Part shown: one piece after another, positions 32,232 through 42,997 of the stretch
Layout: each line of letters opens with the position of its first letter
Position numbering within the stretch: the stretch's first letter is position 1
NCBI GenBank assembly: GCA_028699255.1
Contig: JAQVUX010000006.1
Coordinates: 25,928 to 89,927 of the forward strand
Reading direction: 5' to 3'
From: Candidatus Omnitrophota bacterium
Lineage (GTDB): Bacteria; Omnitrophota; Gorgyraeia; 2-01-FULL-45-10
DNA length: 64,000 nt
Program-made: the position numbers and the translations under genes
The notes under the pieces: generated by a model
Databases searched by the model: none
Seen by the model: only the letters and a program-made list of their open reading frames with translations
What the model was told of the DNA's origin: nothing

Positions 32232-32239
32232 GTAAAATT

Positions 32240-33028
32240 ATGAAACAAGTACAGGCAAAGATACTAAAGAACAAAGAAATCGCCAAAGGTTTCTACAGGA
32301 TGCGTATCGCGTCCTCATATCTTGCCGGTTATTCACGGCCGGGGCAATTTGTCGAGGTGAGGTGCTCGCAGGAGACCGACCCGCTCCTGCGCCGGCCGTT
32401 CGGCATTCACAGGGTCATCGACGCAGGCATAGAGCTTTTATATGAAGTCGTCGGCCGTGGAACGGATGCATTGTCGCAGAAAAAACCCGGAGAGACACTC
32501 GACATTATTGGGCCCCTCGGGAATGGTTTTGATCTCGGTCTTGCGACCTGCGCGCGTCAACGCCCGGCCATTCTGGTCGCAGGCGGTAACGGCGTGGCGC
32601 CATTATTCTTTTTAGCCGAAGAATTGAAGAGAAAAAGTATAAAAATTCATGTTTTGATCGGTGGGCGCTCGAAGGGGCATATATTATGCGAAAAGGAGTT
32701 TAAAAAACTCGGCGCAAAAGCGGTAATTACTACGGACGATGGCTCGAAGGGGCTTAAAGGTCTTGTGACAAACCCATTATTGACAGCGCTCTCAGCCGCC
32801 GCTTCTCGTCCGTCGGTAATATATGCCTGCGGGCCGACCGGTATGCTGAAGGCGGTATCACGCTTAGCATACAGTAGCGGCGTCCCGTGTCAGGTTTCGC
32901 TCGAAGAGCACATGGCTTGCGGTGTCGGTGTATGTTTAGGCTGTCCTGTAAAAGTTAAAACGGATAGCCGATACAAAATGGTATGCAAAGACGGTCCGGT
33001 TTTCGACGCCGGGGAGATAATATGGTAG
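32240..33028 (+). CDS. pyrK: Dihydroorotate dehydrogenase electron-transfer subunit
   Basis: FAD/NAD-binding fold; C-terminal CGVGVCLGCPV 2Fe-2S motif. Confidence 0.8.
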   Translation: MKQVQAKILKNKEIAKGFYRMRIASSYLAGYSRPGQFVEVRCSQETDPLLRRPFGIHRVIDAGIELLYEVVGRGTDALSQKKPGETLDIIGPLGNGFDLGLATCARQRPAILVAGGNGVAPLFFLAEELKRKSIKIHVLIGGRSKGHILCEKEFKKLGAKAVITTDDGSKGLKGLVTNPLLTALSAAASRPSVIYACGPTGMLKAVSRLAYSSGVPCQVSLEEHMACGVGVCLGCPVKVKTDSRYKMVCKDGPVFDAGEIIW

Positions 33029-33933
33029 ATCTTTCGGTTAATATCGGCAGATTGAAACTTAAAAATCCAGTTATGACCGCATCCGGGACGTTTGGCCCGG
33101 AATACGGCGAGCTCTTCGACGTAAATGCGCTCGGCGCCGTTGTATTAAAGACGATAACGCTTGAAGCCCGCGTCGGGAACCCGCCGCCGCGCATCGCGGA
33201 AACATTTTCGGGAATGCTTAATTCAATAGGTCTTGAGAACAAAGGACTCGATGATTTTATAAAGAACAAACTGCCGAAGGTAAAAGGGATAAAAGCACCG
33301 ATCGTGGTAAGTATAGCCGGTAATAACGAAAGAGAATATGCCTTGCTTGCCAAAAGACTTAGCGCTGTAGCGAAAATATCAGCGCTTGAGATAAACCTAT
33401 CGTGCCCCAACGTAAGGCACGGGACATTGGCCGGACTCATAGCGCAGGATCCCGACGTTACCGGAAGGATAGTCCGCGCCGTGAGAAGCTCGACGAGGTT
33501 GCCGTTAATCGCGAAGCTTACACCGAATGTTACGGATATTTCAGTGATAGCCGCGTCGGCCGAGAAGGCCGGTGCCGATGCCGTGCTTTTGGTTAATACG
33601 TTCCCGGCGATGGCCGTCGATATTGAAACGAAAAAGCCGAAGCTCGGAAATATAACCGGCGGCCTAAGCGGCCCGGCGATAAAACCTATCGCTTTAAAGA
33701 TGGTATGGGATGTTTACAATAAAGTGGATATTCCCATAATAGGCTCGGGCGGCATAATCAATTACAAAGACGCGATAGAGTTTATGCTCTGCGGGGCCAC
33801 TGCCGTACAGATTGGAACCGCCGTATTTACCGATCCCCGCACCCCGGGGTGCGTAATCAAAGATATAAGAAGATATTTAGAGCATGCCGGCTATCGCCGT
33901 ATAAAAGATATCATCGGAGGGTTAAAAGCATAA
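33022..33933 (+). CDS. pyrD: Dihydroorotate dehydrogenase, catalytic subunit (class 1B)
   Basis: MVDLSVNIGRLKLKNPVMTASGTFG start at 33022, overlapping the pyrK stop. Confidence 0.85.
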   Translation: MVDLSVNIGRLKLKNPVMTASGTFGPEYGELFDVNALGAVVLKTITLEARVGNPPPRIAETFSGMLNSIGLENKGLDDFIKNKLPKVKGIKAPIVVSIAGNNEREYALLAKRLSAVAKISALEINLSCPNVRHGTLAGLIAQDPDVTGRIVRAVRSSTRLPLIAKLTPNVTDISVIAASAEKAGADAVLLVNTFPAMAVDIETKKPKLGNITGGLSGPAIKPIALKMVWDVYNKVDIPIIGSGGIINYKDAIEFMLCGATAVQIGTAVFTDPRTPGCVIKDIRRYLEHAGYRRIKDIIGGLKA

Positions 33934-34647
33934 ATGGAACCGATCAAACAACTTATAGTAGCTCTGGACCTGAAGACTGAAGACGCCGCCATAGAAATGG
34001 CGGAAAAATTGAAGGAATATGTCGGATTTTTTAAGATCGGCCTCGAGCTCTTCTCCTCATGCGGGCCGCGCATAGTCGAGAGGATACGCGAAACCGGTTG
34101 TGACGTATTCCTCGACCTGAAATTTTACGACATCCCGACCACCGTCGCGAAAGCGTCCGTAGCGGTAACGAGCCTTAAGCCGTTAATGTTCAATGTGCAT
34201 GCCCTGGGCGGATATGAAATGATGAGACGTACGGCCGAGGCTGTGACGGCCGAAGCCGCGCGGCTCGGCATAGCGAAACCGAATATCCTGGCAGTTACAA
34301 TACTTACATCCTTTGACGAGAAGGCATTGAAGGATATAGGTGTTGAGGGCAGTCCCAAGGAAGCGGTTTTACGGCTTGCCCATCTTGCTAAAAAGGCGGG
34401 GCTGGACGGAGTGGTGGCGGCACCGACGGAGACAAAAGCCATAAGGCAGAATCTCGGCAAGGATTTTTTGATAGTGACTCCCGGAGTGCGTCCGGCATGG
34501 GCCGCCGTAGATGACCAGAAAAGGATAATGACGCCGAAGGAGGCCGTGGCGGCGGGGGCCGATTATATAGTAGTCGGAAGGCCCGTAACCGAATCCGCCG
34601 ACCCGGCTGACGCGGCGCAGGAGATATTAAGGGAGATGGAGTCATGA
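33934..34647 (+). CDS. pyrF: Orotidine 5'-phosphate decarboxylase
   Basis: IVALDL and DLKFYDIP motifs. Confidence 0.85.
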   Translation: MEPIKQLIVALDLKTEDAAIEMAEKLKEYVGFFKIGLELFSSCGPRIVERIRETGCDVFLDLKFYDIPTTVAKASVAVTSLKPLMFNVHALGGYEMMRRTAEAVTAEAARLGIAKPNILAVTILTSFDEKALKDIGVEGSPKEAVLRLAHLAKKAGLDGVVAAPTETKAIRQNLGKDFLIVTPGVRPAWAAVDDQKRIMTPKEAVAAGADYIVVGRPVTESADPADAAQEILREMES

Positions 34648-35213
34648 CGGAAAAAGATGTTTTAGGATTATTCCACGAAAAAAACGCCCTGCTTACCGGG
34701 CACTTTAAATTATCAAGCGGCCTGCACAGCCAGAATTATCTGCAATGCGCGCTCGTATTGCAGTATCCGGATATCGCGGAAAAGTTTTCGCGCGAGATTG
34801 CGAAAAAATTCCAGCAAAGTAAAATAGATCTTGTTGTGGGGCCTGCGCTCGGCGGGGTAACCCTCGCATACGAGGTCGCCCGCGCCCTCAAAGTGAGAGG
34901 GCTGTTCACGGAAAGACAGGAAGGGGCGATGGTGCTCCGCAGGGGGTTTGCGATCTCCGCCGGCGAGCGGGTACTGGTCGTGGAAGATGTCATAACGACG
35001 GGCGGTTCGACTAAGGAAGTGATGGATCTGGTTTCTAAAGCAGGCGGCGTAGTCATCGGGGTTGCAAGTATCATCGACAGGAGCTCGTCACCGGTAGATT
35101 TCGGCGCGCCGTTTTTTGCGCTGGCCAAGATAGACGTCAAGACCTATAAAGAGAGCGAGTGCCCACTCTGTAAAAACAATATTCCCATAACAAAACCCGG
35201 CTCGAGGAAGTAG
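34644..35213 (+). CDS. pyrE: Orotate phosphoribosyltransferase
   Basis: VLVVEDVITTGGS PRPP-binding motif. Confidence 0.85.
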   Translation: MTEKDVLGLFHEKNALLTGHFKLSSGLHSQNYLQCALVLQYPDIAEKFSREIAKKFQQSKIDLVVGPALGGVTLAYEVARALKVRGLFTERQEGAMVLRRGFAISAGERVLVVEDVITTGGSTKEVMDLVSKAGGVVIGVASIIDRSSSPVDFGAPFFALAKIDVKTYKESECPLCKNNIPITKPGSRK

Positions 35214-35270
35214 AAAATCCTAAATGATTGCGCCGGAAACAGCGATTATGGTATTATAATCTCTCTTAAG

Positions 35271-35344
35271 GGCAAGTAGCTCAATGGCGGAGCAATCGGT
35301 TTACATCCGATAGGTTACAGGTTCGACCCCTGTCTTGCCCACCA
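35271..35344 (+). tRNA. tRNA-Val (TAC)
   Basis: Acceptor GGGCAAG/CTTGCCC; anticodon loop TTTACAT; CCA encoded; TATAAT at 35254-35259 upstream. Confidence 0.8.
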
Positions 35345-35370
35345 CTTTAACTCAATAACATAACTATCTT

Positions 35371-37149
35371 ATGCACGCATTAACACTCATAATAGTAGCC
35401 CTACTCGTATTCGCGCTCGCGTACCGTTTTTACGCGAAGTTCATTACGGCGAAAGTTCTTGTTCTTAACGATAAGAATCAGACCCCGGCCCATACCTTTA
35501 AGGACGGACGCGATTATCACCCGACGAATAAATATGTCTTGTTCGGCCACCACTTCGCCGCTATATCCGGCGCGGGGCCTCTGGTTGGTCCTGTACTCGC
35601 CGCGCAGTTTGGTTACCTCCCCGGATTCCTGTGGCTTCTTATCGGCGCTGTTCTCGGCGGCGCGGTTCATGACGTGGTCATACTTTTCGCCTCCGTGCGC
35701 ACCAAAGGGCTTTCTCTTACGCGTCTGGCACGGAAGAATGTCAGTAAAACCGCCGGGCTCATAACCGGAATAGCGATTCTTTTTATAATCATCACTGCCC
35801 TGGCGGGGTTGGCCATAGTGGTGGTGAACGCGTTGAGCGAAAGTGCATGGGCCACATTCACCATAGCTATGACGATACCGGCCGCTCTCTGCGTCGCGTT
35901 TTACATGTACAAACTGCGCCCCGGTAAGGTAGTAGAAGCGTCGATCATAGGTGTCGTTATCGTGGTCGCGGGTGTCGTATTTGGCGAGCCTATCGCAAAG
36001 ACGGCGTTTGGCCAATACTTTTTATTATCAAAAACAGCCCTTTCAATAATTTTACCTATATACGGATTTATAGCGTCGGTCCTGCCTGTATGGCTTCTCC
36101 TATGCCCGCGTGATTATTTGAGCTCGTACATGAAGATAGGCACCATAATACTACTTGCCGGCGGCATATGTTTAGTCGATCCGATACTAAAAATGCCCGC
36201 GGTAACCAGTTATATCCATGGAGGGGGACCGATAATACCAGGGAAGGTCTGGCCCTTCGTGTGCATTACGATCGCATGCGGAGCCATAAGCGGTTTTCAT
36301 GCGTTAATAGCGTCCGGCACTACGCCCAAGATGATCGACAAGGAATCCGACATAAAGATGATAGGCTTCGGGGCCATGCTTGTAGAGTCGATCGTCTCCA
36401 TACTGGCGCTCATAGCGGCGACGGTACTATTGCCCGGGGATTATTTTGCCATAAATGTCCCGGCAGATGTATTCGCTAAAATGGGCCTGGGTACAACTCA
36501 GCTTGCTGAGATCGAGCGGATGACGGGGGAGACGCTCTCCGGCAGGGCGGGCGGGGCGGTGTCGCTCGCCGCAGGCATGTCGGTGATACTGTCGTCTATC
36601 CCCGGCATGAAGGGGCTGATGGGTTATTGGTACCATTTTGCGATCATGTTCGAGGCGCTCTTCATCCTTACTACGGTCGATACAGGCACGCGTGTAGCGC
36701 GTTATATACTGCAAGAACTCGCCAGGCTGGTCAAACCAAGGATGAAGTTCGACAAGACGCTTGCCGGCTCACTCTTGAGCGGCGCGGCGGTAAGTGCGCT
36801 ATGGGGTTATCTCGTCTATAACGGGGATATTACGACCATATGGCCGATGTTTGGCGTGGCGAACCAGCTTTTAGCGACGCTCGCATTGGCGATCGGCACG
36901 GTTTATATTTTGAAACATTCCAAGAACTGGAGATATGGACTTATAACGTTTATACCCGCCGTGTTCATGTTCGTTACCACGGTAACGGCCGGTATCATGA
37001 ACATAACCGATAATTATATTCCCAAGCATACCTTCCAGGGAAATATGAACGCGGCTTTGTCGGTTATAATGATAGCGCTCGTTATCATAATATTTATTGA
37101 AGCTGTAAAGAAGATATACAGTATGCGAAGGCAGTTATTCGTACCTTAA
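35371..37149 (+). CDS. cstA: Carbon starvation protein A (peptide/pyruvate transporter family)
   Basis: 592 aa polytopic membrane protein with CstA N-terminal signature. Confidence 0.85.
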   Translation: MHALTLIIVALLVFALAYRFYAKFITAKVLVLNDKNQTPAHTFKDGRDYHPTNKYVLFGHHFAAISGAGPLVGPVLAAQFGYLPGFLWLLIGAVLGGAVHDVVILFASVRTKGLSLTRLARKNVSKTAGLITGIAILFIIITALAGLAIVVVNALSESAWATFTIAMTIPAALCVAFYMYKLRPGKVVEASIIGVVIVVAGVVFGEPIAKTAFGQYFLLSKTALSIILPIYGFIASVLPVWLLLCPRDYLSSYMKIGTIILLAGGICLVDPILKMPAVTSYIHGGGPIIPGKVWPFVCITIACGAISGFHALIASGTTPKMIDKESDIKMIGFGAMLVESIVSILALIAATVLLPGDYFAINVPADVFAKMGLGTTQLAEIERMTGETLSGRAGGAVSLAAGMSVILSSIPGMKGLMGYWYHFAIMFEALFILTTVDTGTRVARYILQELARLVKPRMKFDKTLAGSLLSGAAVSALWGYLVYNGDITTIWPMFGVANQLLATLALAIGTVYILKHSKNWRYGLITFIPAVFMFVTTVTAGIMNITDNYIPKHTFQGNMNAALSVIMIALVIIIFIEAVKKIYSMRRQLFVP

Positions 37150-39120
37150 GGCTTCTATGGGGTTTAATTTGGACGCCTGACGCGCAGGCCATAATCCAAA
37201 TACGAGTCCTATAGCGACGGAGAATGTAGTAGCAAGTACTACCGAGAAGACAGTCACCTTTATAGTCCACCCAACCACCATAGCTAAGAGCGCGGCTATT
37301 CCAGAACCCAGCAACACCCCGATTATCCCGCCGCTCAAAGTCATGGTTACCGATTCTATCAAAAATTGCATCATGATATCCGATTCCCGCGCGCCGATAG
37401 CTTTTCTTAAACCTATCTCTCTGGTTCGCTCGGTTACAGAAACGAGCATTATATTCATGATACCTATCCCGCCAACGAGAAGCGATATAGCGGCGATCGA
37501 TCCCAGAAGCATGGAGATGGTGTTAGTCGTGGCTTCGAGGGTCTGTTTGATGTCGGCCATATTTCGTATCTCGAACGCTTCTTCCCGGTCTTTAAGTGTC
37601 GTAAGCCGGTGGCGTTTTATAAGAAGCGCTTTTATCGCATCCTCTACTTCGTCCATTGACGCTATGTCATTCACCTCAACATCTATTGAATCGATGTACT
37701 GTTTGCCCAGGAGCCGGTACATGCCAGTCGTTACCGGTATTATAATAATGTTATCCTGATCATTAGGCCCGGCCGCGCCTTTTTCCGGCAGGATACCGAT
37801 TATTTTGAAATTGATCCGGTTTATCTTGATATAGGCATCCAGAGGATTTTCATTAGGGAAAAGTTGTTTAAGAACGGTTACGCCGACCACCGCTACGCGC
37901 GCGCGCATACGCACTTCCTCCTCGGTAAAAAACCTGCCGGTCGTCGGCACAGCGGCGCGCATCTGGGCGTAATTTACGCTTACTCCCTGGACTTGCGTAC
38001 TGCAGTTCTCATTGGCATATACCGCCTGGGCGCTACTGGATACACTGGCCGAGACGTTTTTTACGTTGGGTATTTTTGATATTGCTTCCACATCCTGGGA
38101 TGTGAAACGCGCTATCGCGCCTGCGCCGAGCGCTACGCCGCGCGTCTGATGGGAACCGGATCTTATCATGAGGAGGTTTGAGCCGAGAGAGGCTAACTGT
38201 TTTTTGATAGATTCCTGCGCGCCTGTGCCCAGAGCAAGCATAGCTATGACCGCGGCCACTCCTATGAGTATGCCGAGCATCGAAAGCGCTGAGCGCAGTT
38301 TGTGTGATACTATCGACCAGAACGCTTGTCGTAAGTGATCGCTTATCTCCGCGCGTTTTATATTGGGTGTTTTTTCAGCCAGTATATGGCTTATATCCGG
38401 CCGCCCAGCATCCTCTTCGTTAGTCCGGATAATTCCACTGGTCTTTTGTGTCTTATTCAGTTCGTCGGATACTATTTGCCCGTCGCGCATTTTTATAATG
38501 CGTGCCGCGTGTTCGGCCACCTCTTCTTCATGGGTGACCATGACTATGGTCTTGCCTTCGGCGTTCAATTTTTCCAATATTGCAATGATCTCGTTCTGGC
38601 TTTTTGAGTCTAGGTTTCCTGTCGGCTCATCGGCAAGAATAAGCGGCGGATCGTTTACCAATGAACGGGCTATCGCGACGCGTTGCTGTTCGCCGCCGGA
38701 TAGTTCGTTAGGTCTATGCAGGGCCCTGTGCGAAAGGCCCACCGCCTCGATCTTTTGAAGAGCGCGTTCTTTTAAGTGGCGCTTGCCGGCGTATATTAAA
38801 GGAAGCTCGGCATTTTCTAAGGAGGTAACTCTCGGAAGCAGATGGAACTGCTGGAATATGAATCCCATAAGGTGGTTTCTTATCGCCGCCGACTGCGTAT
38901 CGGTGACATTTGCTACGTCACTGCCCGCGAGGTAATATTGCCCGGAGTCCGGCATATCGAGAAGGCCTAAGATGTGCAGGAGTGTGGATTTACCGGAACC
39001 GGAGGGCCCCATTATCGCGACGAACTCTCCATGCCCTATTTTGACGGATACGCCGCGCACCGCGGCGACTCCTACCGTACCCGTATGGTATGTCTTACTT
39101 ATATTTTTTAACTCGATCAT
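37135..39120 (-). CDS. macB: MacB-type ABC transporter (fused ATPase plus FtsX permease)
   Basis: N-terminal GPSGSGKSTLL and LSGGQQQRVAIAR; C-terminal 4-TM FtsX domain. Confidence 0.8.
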   Translation of the reverse strand: MIELKNISKTYHTGTVGVAAVRGVSVKIGHGEFVAIMGPSGSGKSTLLHILGLLDMPDSGQYYLAGSDVANVTDTQSAAIRNHLMGFIFQQFHLLPRVTSLENAELPLIYAGKRHLKERALQKIEAVGLSHRALHRPNELSGGEQQRVAIARSLVNDPPLILADEPTGNLDSKSQNEIIAILEKLNAEGKTIVMVTHEEEVAEHAARIIKMRDGQIVSDELNKTQKTSGIIRTNEEDAGRPDISHILAEKTPNIKRAEISDHLRQAFWSIVSHKLRSALSMLGILIGVAAVIAMLALGTGAQESIKKQLASLGSNLLMIRSGSHQTRGVALGAGAIARFTSQDVEAISKIPNVKNVSASVSSSAQAVYANENCSTQVQGVSVNYAQMRAAVPTTGRFFTEEEVRMRARVAVVGVTVLKQLFPNENPLDAYIKINRINFKIIGILPEKGAAGPNDQDNIIIIPVTTGMYRLLGKQYIDSIDVEVNDIASMDEVEDAIKALLIKRHRLTTLKDREEAFEIRNMADIKQTLEATTNTISMLLGSIAAISLLVGGIGIMNIMLVSVTERTREIGLRKAIGARESDIMMQFLIESVTMTLSGGIIGVLLGSGIAALLAMVVGWTIKVTVFSVVLATTFSVAIGLVFGLWPARQASKLNPIEALRYE

Positions 39121-39127
39121 AGTTTTA

Positions 39128-40096
39128 CTATTTACCGCCTTTTCGCATCGATGGCATAAACGGATTTTTACCGGTTTTAGAAGAAGAATCCGGCATGGTA
39201 AACTTTTGGCTTACGGCGAGGATGCGATCATTTTCGGATAATCCTGAAAGAACTTCCACATTTTTTTCATCAGAAGCTCCAAGCTCTATTTTACGCTCTT
39301 CCTTCTTGCCTTGAGCCTGTCCGATGATGACATAATCACCATCCTTGCCATGTTTGACGACTTCCTGCGGTATCGTAAGGACGTTATTCTTTTCGCTCTC
39401 GAGGATATTTACCGTGGCCGTCATGCCGGAGCGGAATACGGCGGGCACTGTTTCAGGAACTATGTCCACCTGGTAGATATTCACGTTATTTACTGTTTCC
39501 GATTCATAATATATATGGTCGACCACGCCGTTTAGTTTTATATCGGGATAAGCGTCGAGCGATATGCCGACGCTTTGGCCGAGACGCACTTTTCCTATAT
39601 CCGTTTCGTCAATCTGGGCCTGGACGATAAGCCTGTCCGAGATAACTACGACGATGTCGGAGGTCGTAACGGTTTGTCCGGGCTTGTCGGTGCTGACTAT
39701 AACCTGGCCGTCTATGGGCGATATGAGGGGCGTGGCTTTGTACACGTCTGCCCAGTATTTCATCGCTTCTTCACCGCGTCCGCGTGCCGCGTCGAGAAGA
39801 GCGGCCCTTTCGGTCGAGCTCATCCACGCCAGGGTCTGCCCCGACTTTACCGTCTCGCCCTCTTTAACCAGTATCTCGTTTATGCGGCCGTTGATCGGCG
39901 GTTTTATCTCTAATCTACTCTGCGGCTGTACGATGGCAGTGGAGCTTATTACCGATTGTATATTTCCTACCATAGGAAATATCTCCCGGACAACTTCTTT
40001 GGACGATTTCCCCTTAGGCATGATCATCAAGATCGCCGCGGCGGATATCAAAATCAATACGCTCACAAAGATCGCTCTTTTGCTATTGTGCGTCAT
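39128..40096 (-). CDS. macA: Efflux periplasmic adaptor (HlyD/MacA family)
   Basis: Signal-anchor; lipoyl, beta-barrel and coiled-coil architecture; operon with macB. Confidence 0.7.
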   Translation of the reverse strand: MTHNSKRAIFVSVLILISAAAILMIMPKGKSSKEVVREIFPMVGNIQSVISSTAIVQPQSRLEIKPPINGRINEILVKEGETVKSGQTLAWMSSTERAALLDAARGRGEEAMKYWADVYKATPLISPIDGQVIVSTDKPGQTVTTSDIVVVISDRLIVQAQIDETDIGKVRLGQSVGISLDAYPDIKLNGVVDHIYYESETVNNVNIYQVDIVPETVPAVFRSGMTATVNILESEKNNVLTIPQEVVKHGKDGDYVIIGQAQGKKEERKIELGASDEKNVEVLSGLSENDRILAVSQKFTMPDSSSKTGKNPFMPSMRKGGK

Positions 40097-41399
40097 AATC
40101 GAGAGTTCCTCCTTTTGCCTGTATCCAATTTGCTTCCGCTATCAACGCGGCCTGTTGGGTGGATAGAAGCGTTTTCTTTGCCGTAACGAGGTTATTTTCT
40201 ATTATTATCCAGTTGTCATATGTCAAAAGACCTATGGAATATTCGGCGGTGGATATCTTGGCTCGCTCGCTCGCGGCTTCGAGGGACTTTCGCGATACTT
40301 CGACCTGATCCAGGGTGTTTTGCAGGGTTGTCCACGTGTTCGATAATGTGTAAATTACGCCGTCGCGCCCACTGCGTTCGTCCTCCATGGCCTGCTTCCA
40401 CGCCTCTTTAGCTTTTGGCACACCAGCGATTATGTTCCCCTGAAATATAGGTAAAGAGAAGCTGGTGCCGAATGACCATTCGTTTTTATCGGGGAAGGCA
40501 TCAATGTTGGTGTTATTCATCGTTCCCGTCGCGTAAATTTGCGGGAAGAACTGCGCCTTGGCGGAACTTAATCCGAATTTGGCCGCCTCTTTTTTAGCGA
40601 CGAGCTGACGCAGGAGGGGGGTCGATTCGCACAATTTTTCAAAGTCCGGCCTGTCGCGGTCTTTTTCCGCGACTACAAAATCCCCCCTGGCTGTTATGGA
40701 CACAAATTTAGACCGTCCCAATTCTTTTGTAAGCTGGCGCTCGGCCAGGTAGATGCTTCTTTTTGCCTGGTTGACCTCAAAGTTTGCTTGTGCCCAATCC
40801 GCCTCTGAGGTGAGAAGAGAGCCTCTGTGCTCTCTGCCGCCCTCATAGCGCAATTTGACAAGTTCCATGGCCTGTTTACGACGGCCTTCGATTTCTTCGG
40901 TAACTTTGAGAAGCTCCTGCGCGGTAAGAAGAGCAACGTATGCTGTTCTAAGGCTAAGGCGTATGTTTGACGACGTAACATCGTAGGTATATCTCGAGGC
41001 TATTATGGTTCTTTCCGCACCGGAGAGATCGTAAGAAGTTTTAAAACCATCGAAGAGAAGCTGTTGGACTGTTGCGCCATAATCATAAGTAGTTGTCGAA
41101 TTGCTGTCGGTAGAGGATTCGATCGTGGAAGACCCGCCGCCGGCACTGCCGAATACCGCGCCCTTCGATGTGGTCTCGCTCGCCGTGCCCGTTATCTGCG
41201 GCATGACGGCGCCTCTGGTAACTTCTTTGGCGGCGATATTCTGCTTTATCTTTGCCGCGGCGCTTGCGAGGTCGGGATGCTGGGCGCGAGCCTCTTTTAC
41301 GCACTCTTTCCACTCAAGCGCCTCTTCGGCGTGCGCATAAGATGCGGCGCCTAAGAAGATAGATAGCGATATCGTGAGGATGAATTTTAAACGTGTCAT
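40083..41399 (-). CDS. TolC-family outer membrane efflux protein
   Basis: Signal peptide; two structural repeats; 438 aa. Confidence 0.7.
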   Translation of the reverse strand: MTRLKFILTISLSIFLGAASYAHAEEALEWKECVKEARAQHPDLASAAAKIKQNIAAKEVTRGAVMPQITGTASETTSKGAVFGSAGGGSSTIESSTDSNSTTTYDYGATVQQLLFDGFKTSYDLSGAERTIIASRYTYDVTSSNIRLSLRTAYVALLTAQELLKVTEEIEGRRKQAMELVKLRYEGGREHRGSLLTSEADWAQANFEVNQAKRSIYLAERQLTKELGRSKFVSITARGDFVVAEKDRDRPDFEKLCESTPLLRQLVAKKEAAKFGLSSAKAQFFPQIYATGTMNNTNIDAFPDKNEWSFGTSFSLPIFQGNIIAGVPKAKEAWKQAMEDERSGRDGVIYTLSNTWTTLQNTLDQVEVSRKSLEAASERAKISTAEYSIGLLTYDNWIIIENNLVTAKKTLLSTQQAALIAEANWIQAKGGTLDYDAQ

Positions 41400-41641
41400 T
41401 TTTTGGGCAGTTCGCCTTCCATTTTGGATATGGCTTTAGAAGCTTTATGCAGAAAAGATGTAAAATCCGCCTCGCGCATGAGATGCACCACCTTTGTATC
41501 GGCCTTGGCGAAAACCATAAGCCTGTCGCCGGATTTTATTTTTAATTCTTTGCGCAAAACCGCCGGAATAACCAGCTGTCCTCTTTCCCCGACCGTTACC
41601 GAGCCGTAAGCATTACCCTGAAATATAGAACTCATGATCAT
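41396..41641 (-). CDS. AbrB/MazE/SpoVT-family DNA-binding protein, first gene of the efflux operon
   Basis: GQLVIPAVLRKELKIKSGDRLMV swapped-hairpin motif; 81 aa. Confidence 0.6.
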   Translation of the reverse strand: MIMSSIFQGNAYGSVTVGERGQLVIPAVLRKELKIKSGDRLMVFAKADTKVVHLMREADFTSFLHKASKAISKMEGELPKK

Positions 41642-41709
41642 TCTCCTTTGATTTGTATGAAATGTATGTCAAGTATGATAACGCATACCGCGAATAGTGT
41701 CAACAACGA

Positions 41710-42867
41710 TTATTTGGATCTGCGCTTTGCTATGTCTTTCAATACGGGGTCGAAGTTCTCGAACTTCAAGAACTGGCATATAAGGTTGAATGCCGGGCGC
41801 AGCATCCTGTTGCGGAGTTTTACGTAGAGGTAAAGCGGGATGAAGTCAAATCCGAGGCGGCGTTTCGGTTCGTAGCCGGTGATGCCCATCTCGTATCGTT
41901 TTATTTTGTGGTGGATAGCCCAGGTGAGCACGTCGCGGAATTTGATGAAATAGAGATAGTATTTGTATGCGACCGAATAGTCGAGTCCTACGTAATAATC
42001 TATCAGCATATCTTCCGATACCAGGCAGAGAAGGAACGCCACAAGCTTACCGTCGATCTCCCAGAGGAAGAACTTTACCTTATGCGGCATATTTTTCGAT
42101 ATATTCTGGAAAAATTCTACGGGAAGGAGCTCAAAACCCATGTCGTGTTTTGCGACTATGTCGAGGTACAAGCGATAAACCTCACCCAATGTTTTATCAT
42201 CGAGTGAGTCGACGATCCGCAAGTTGATTTTTACATGCCCGTCTACTTTTTTAAATTTTCGCCGCAAGTCATATCTATTAGGAGCGCTCAGTGTATTCAG
42301 GTACTCTTCGAAATCCTTGAACCATACATTGAGTTCGGTCGTAGGAAGGCTGTTAAATTTAACGTAACCTTTTTTTTGCAAGGGATCGAGCAGGGGGGTG
42401 TACGATTTATCGAAGTCCTTGAACGCTATTATCGGCGCTTTCTCTTTTTTAGCCAATTGCTCTATCCGGCGTAATATCGTGTGCATTATGCGGTCGCTCT
42501 GCCCAGCTATGCCTATGCGCCCCTGGCCGATCGGCATGCCGCACACAAACGCTTTTATGCTGAATATACCGGGTAATATTTTTTTAATGGAATTGGATAT
42601 GCGTCTTAAAGGGCCGTTTATGCTGGTGTCGAGCGAATAGTTAACGACGAAGCAGGCCGTTGCCGCTACCGGGGTTTTGCGGTCGTAGACGATTATATAG
42701 TATGGAGGGAATTGCTCGAGGTTCGATTCGTCAAGAGCATGGAAGAACTCGTAATTTTCGAGTATGTCCGGGAATACCTTCTTCCAGTCGTGCGCCGGTA
42801 TTTCGTGTATCCTGCGCGCCACTTTCGTCGTAAGGCCCGTTCTCTTATGGCGTTTAGATATTATCAC
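41710..42867 (-). CDS. GNAT-fold acyltransferase, BioF2/FemAB-like (EPS/PEP-CTERM-associated type)
   Basis: 385 aa; resembles FemAB-related acyltransferases found in EPS loci. This call is from memory and should be treated as tentative. Confidence 0.4.
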   Translation of the reverse strand: MIISKRHKRTGLTTKVARRIHEIPAHDWKKVFPDILENYEFFHALDESNLEQFPPYYIIVYDRKTPVAATACFVVNYSLDTSINGPLRRISNSIKKILPGIFSIKAFVCGMPIGQGRIGIAGQSDRIMHTILRRIEQLAKKEKAPIIAFKDFDKSYTPLLDPLQKKGYVKFNSLPTTELNVWFKDFEEYLNTLSAPNRYDLRRKFKKVDGHVKINLRIVDSLDDKTLGEVYRLYLDIVAKHDMGFELLPVEFFQNISKNMPHKVKFFLWEIDGKLVAFLLCLVSEDMLIDYYVGLDYSVAYKYYLYFIKFRDVLTWAIHHKIKRYEMGITGYEPKRRLGFDFIPLYLYVKLRNRMLRPAFNLICQFLKFENFDPVLKDIAKRRSK

Positions 42868-42997
42868 GCCGCTCCCTCCTTAGGTAAGTATACAGTTTAC
42901 TATTTACCCGGTGTCCGTACAACTTATTTTTTTACGAAACGAATGCTTCGCACTCTTTTCTTGACCGCTCGCCTTGTAGCGGGTATACTTATCACAA

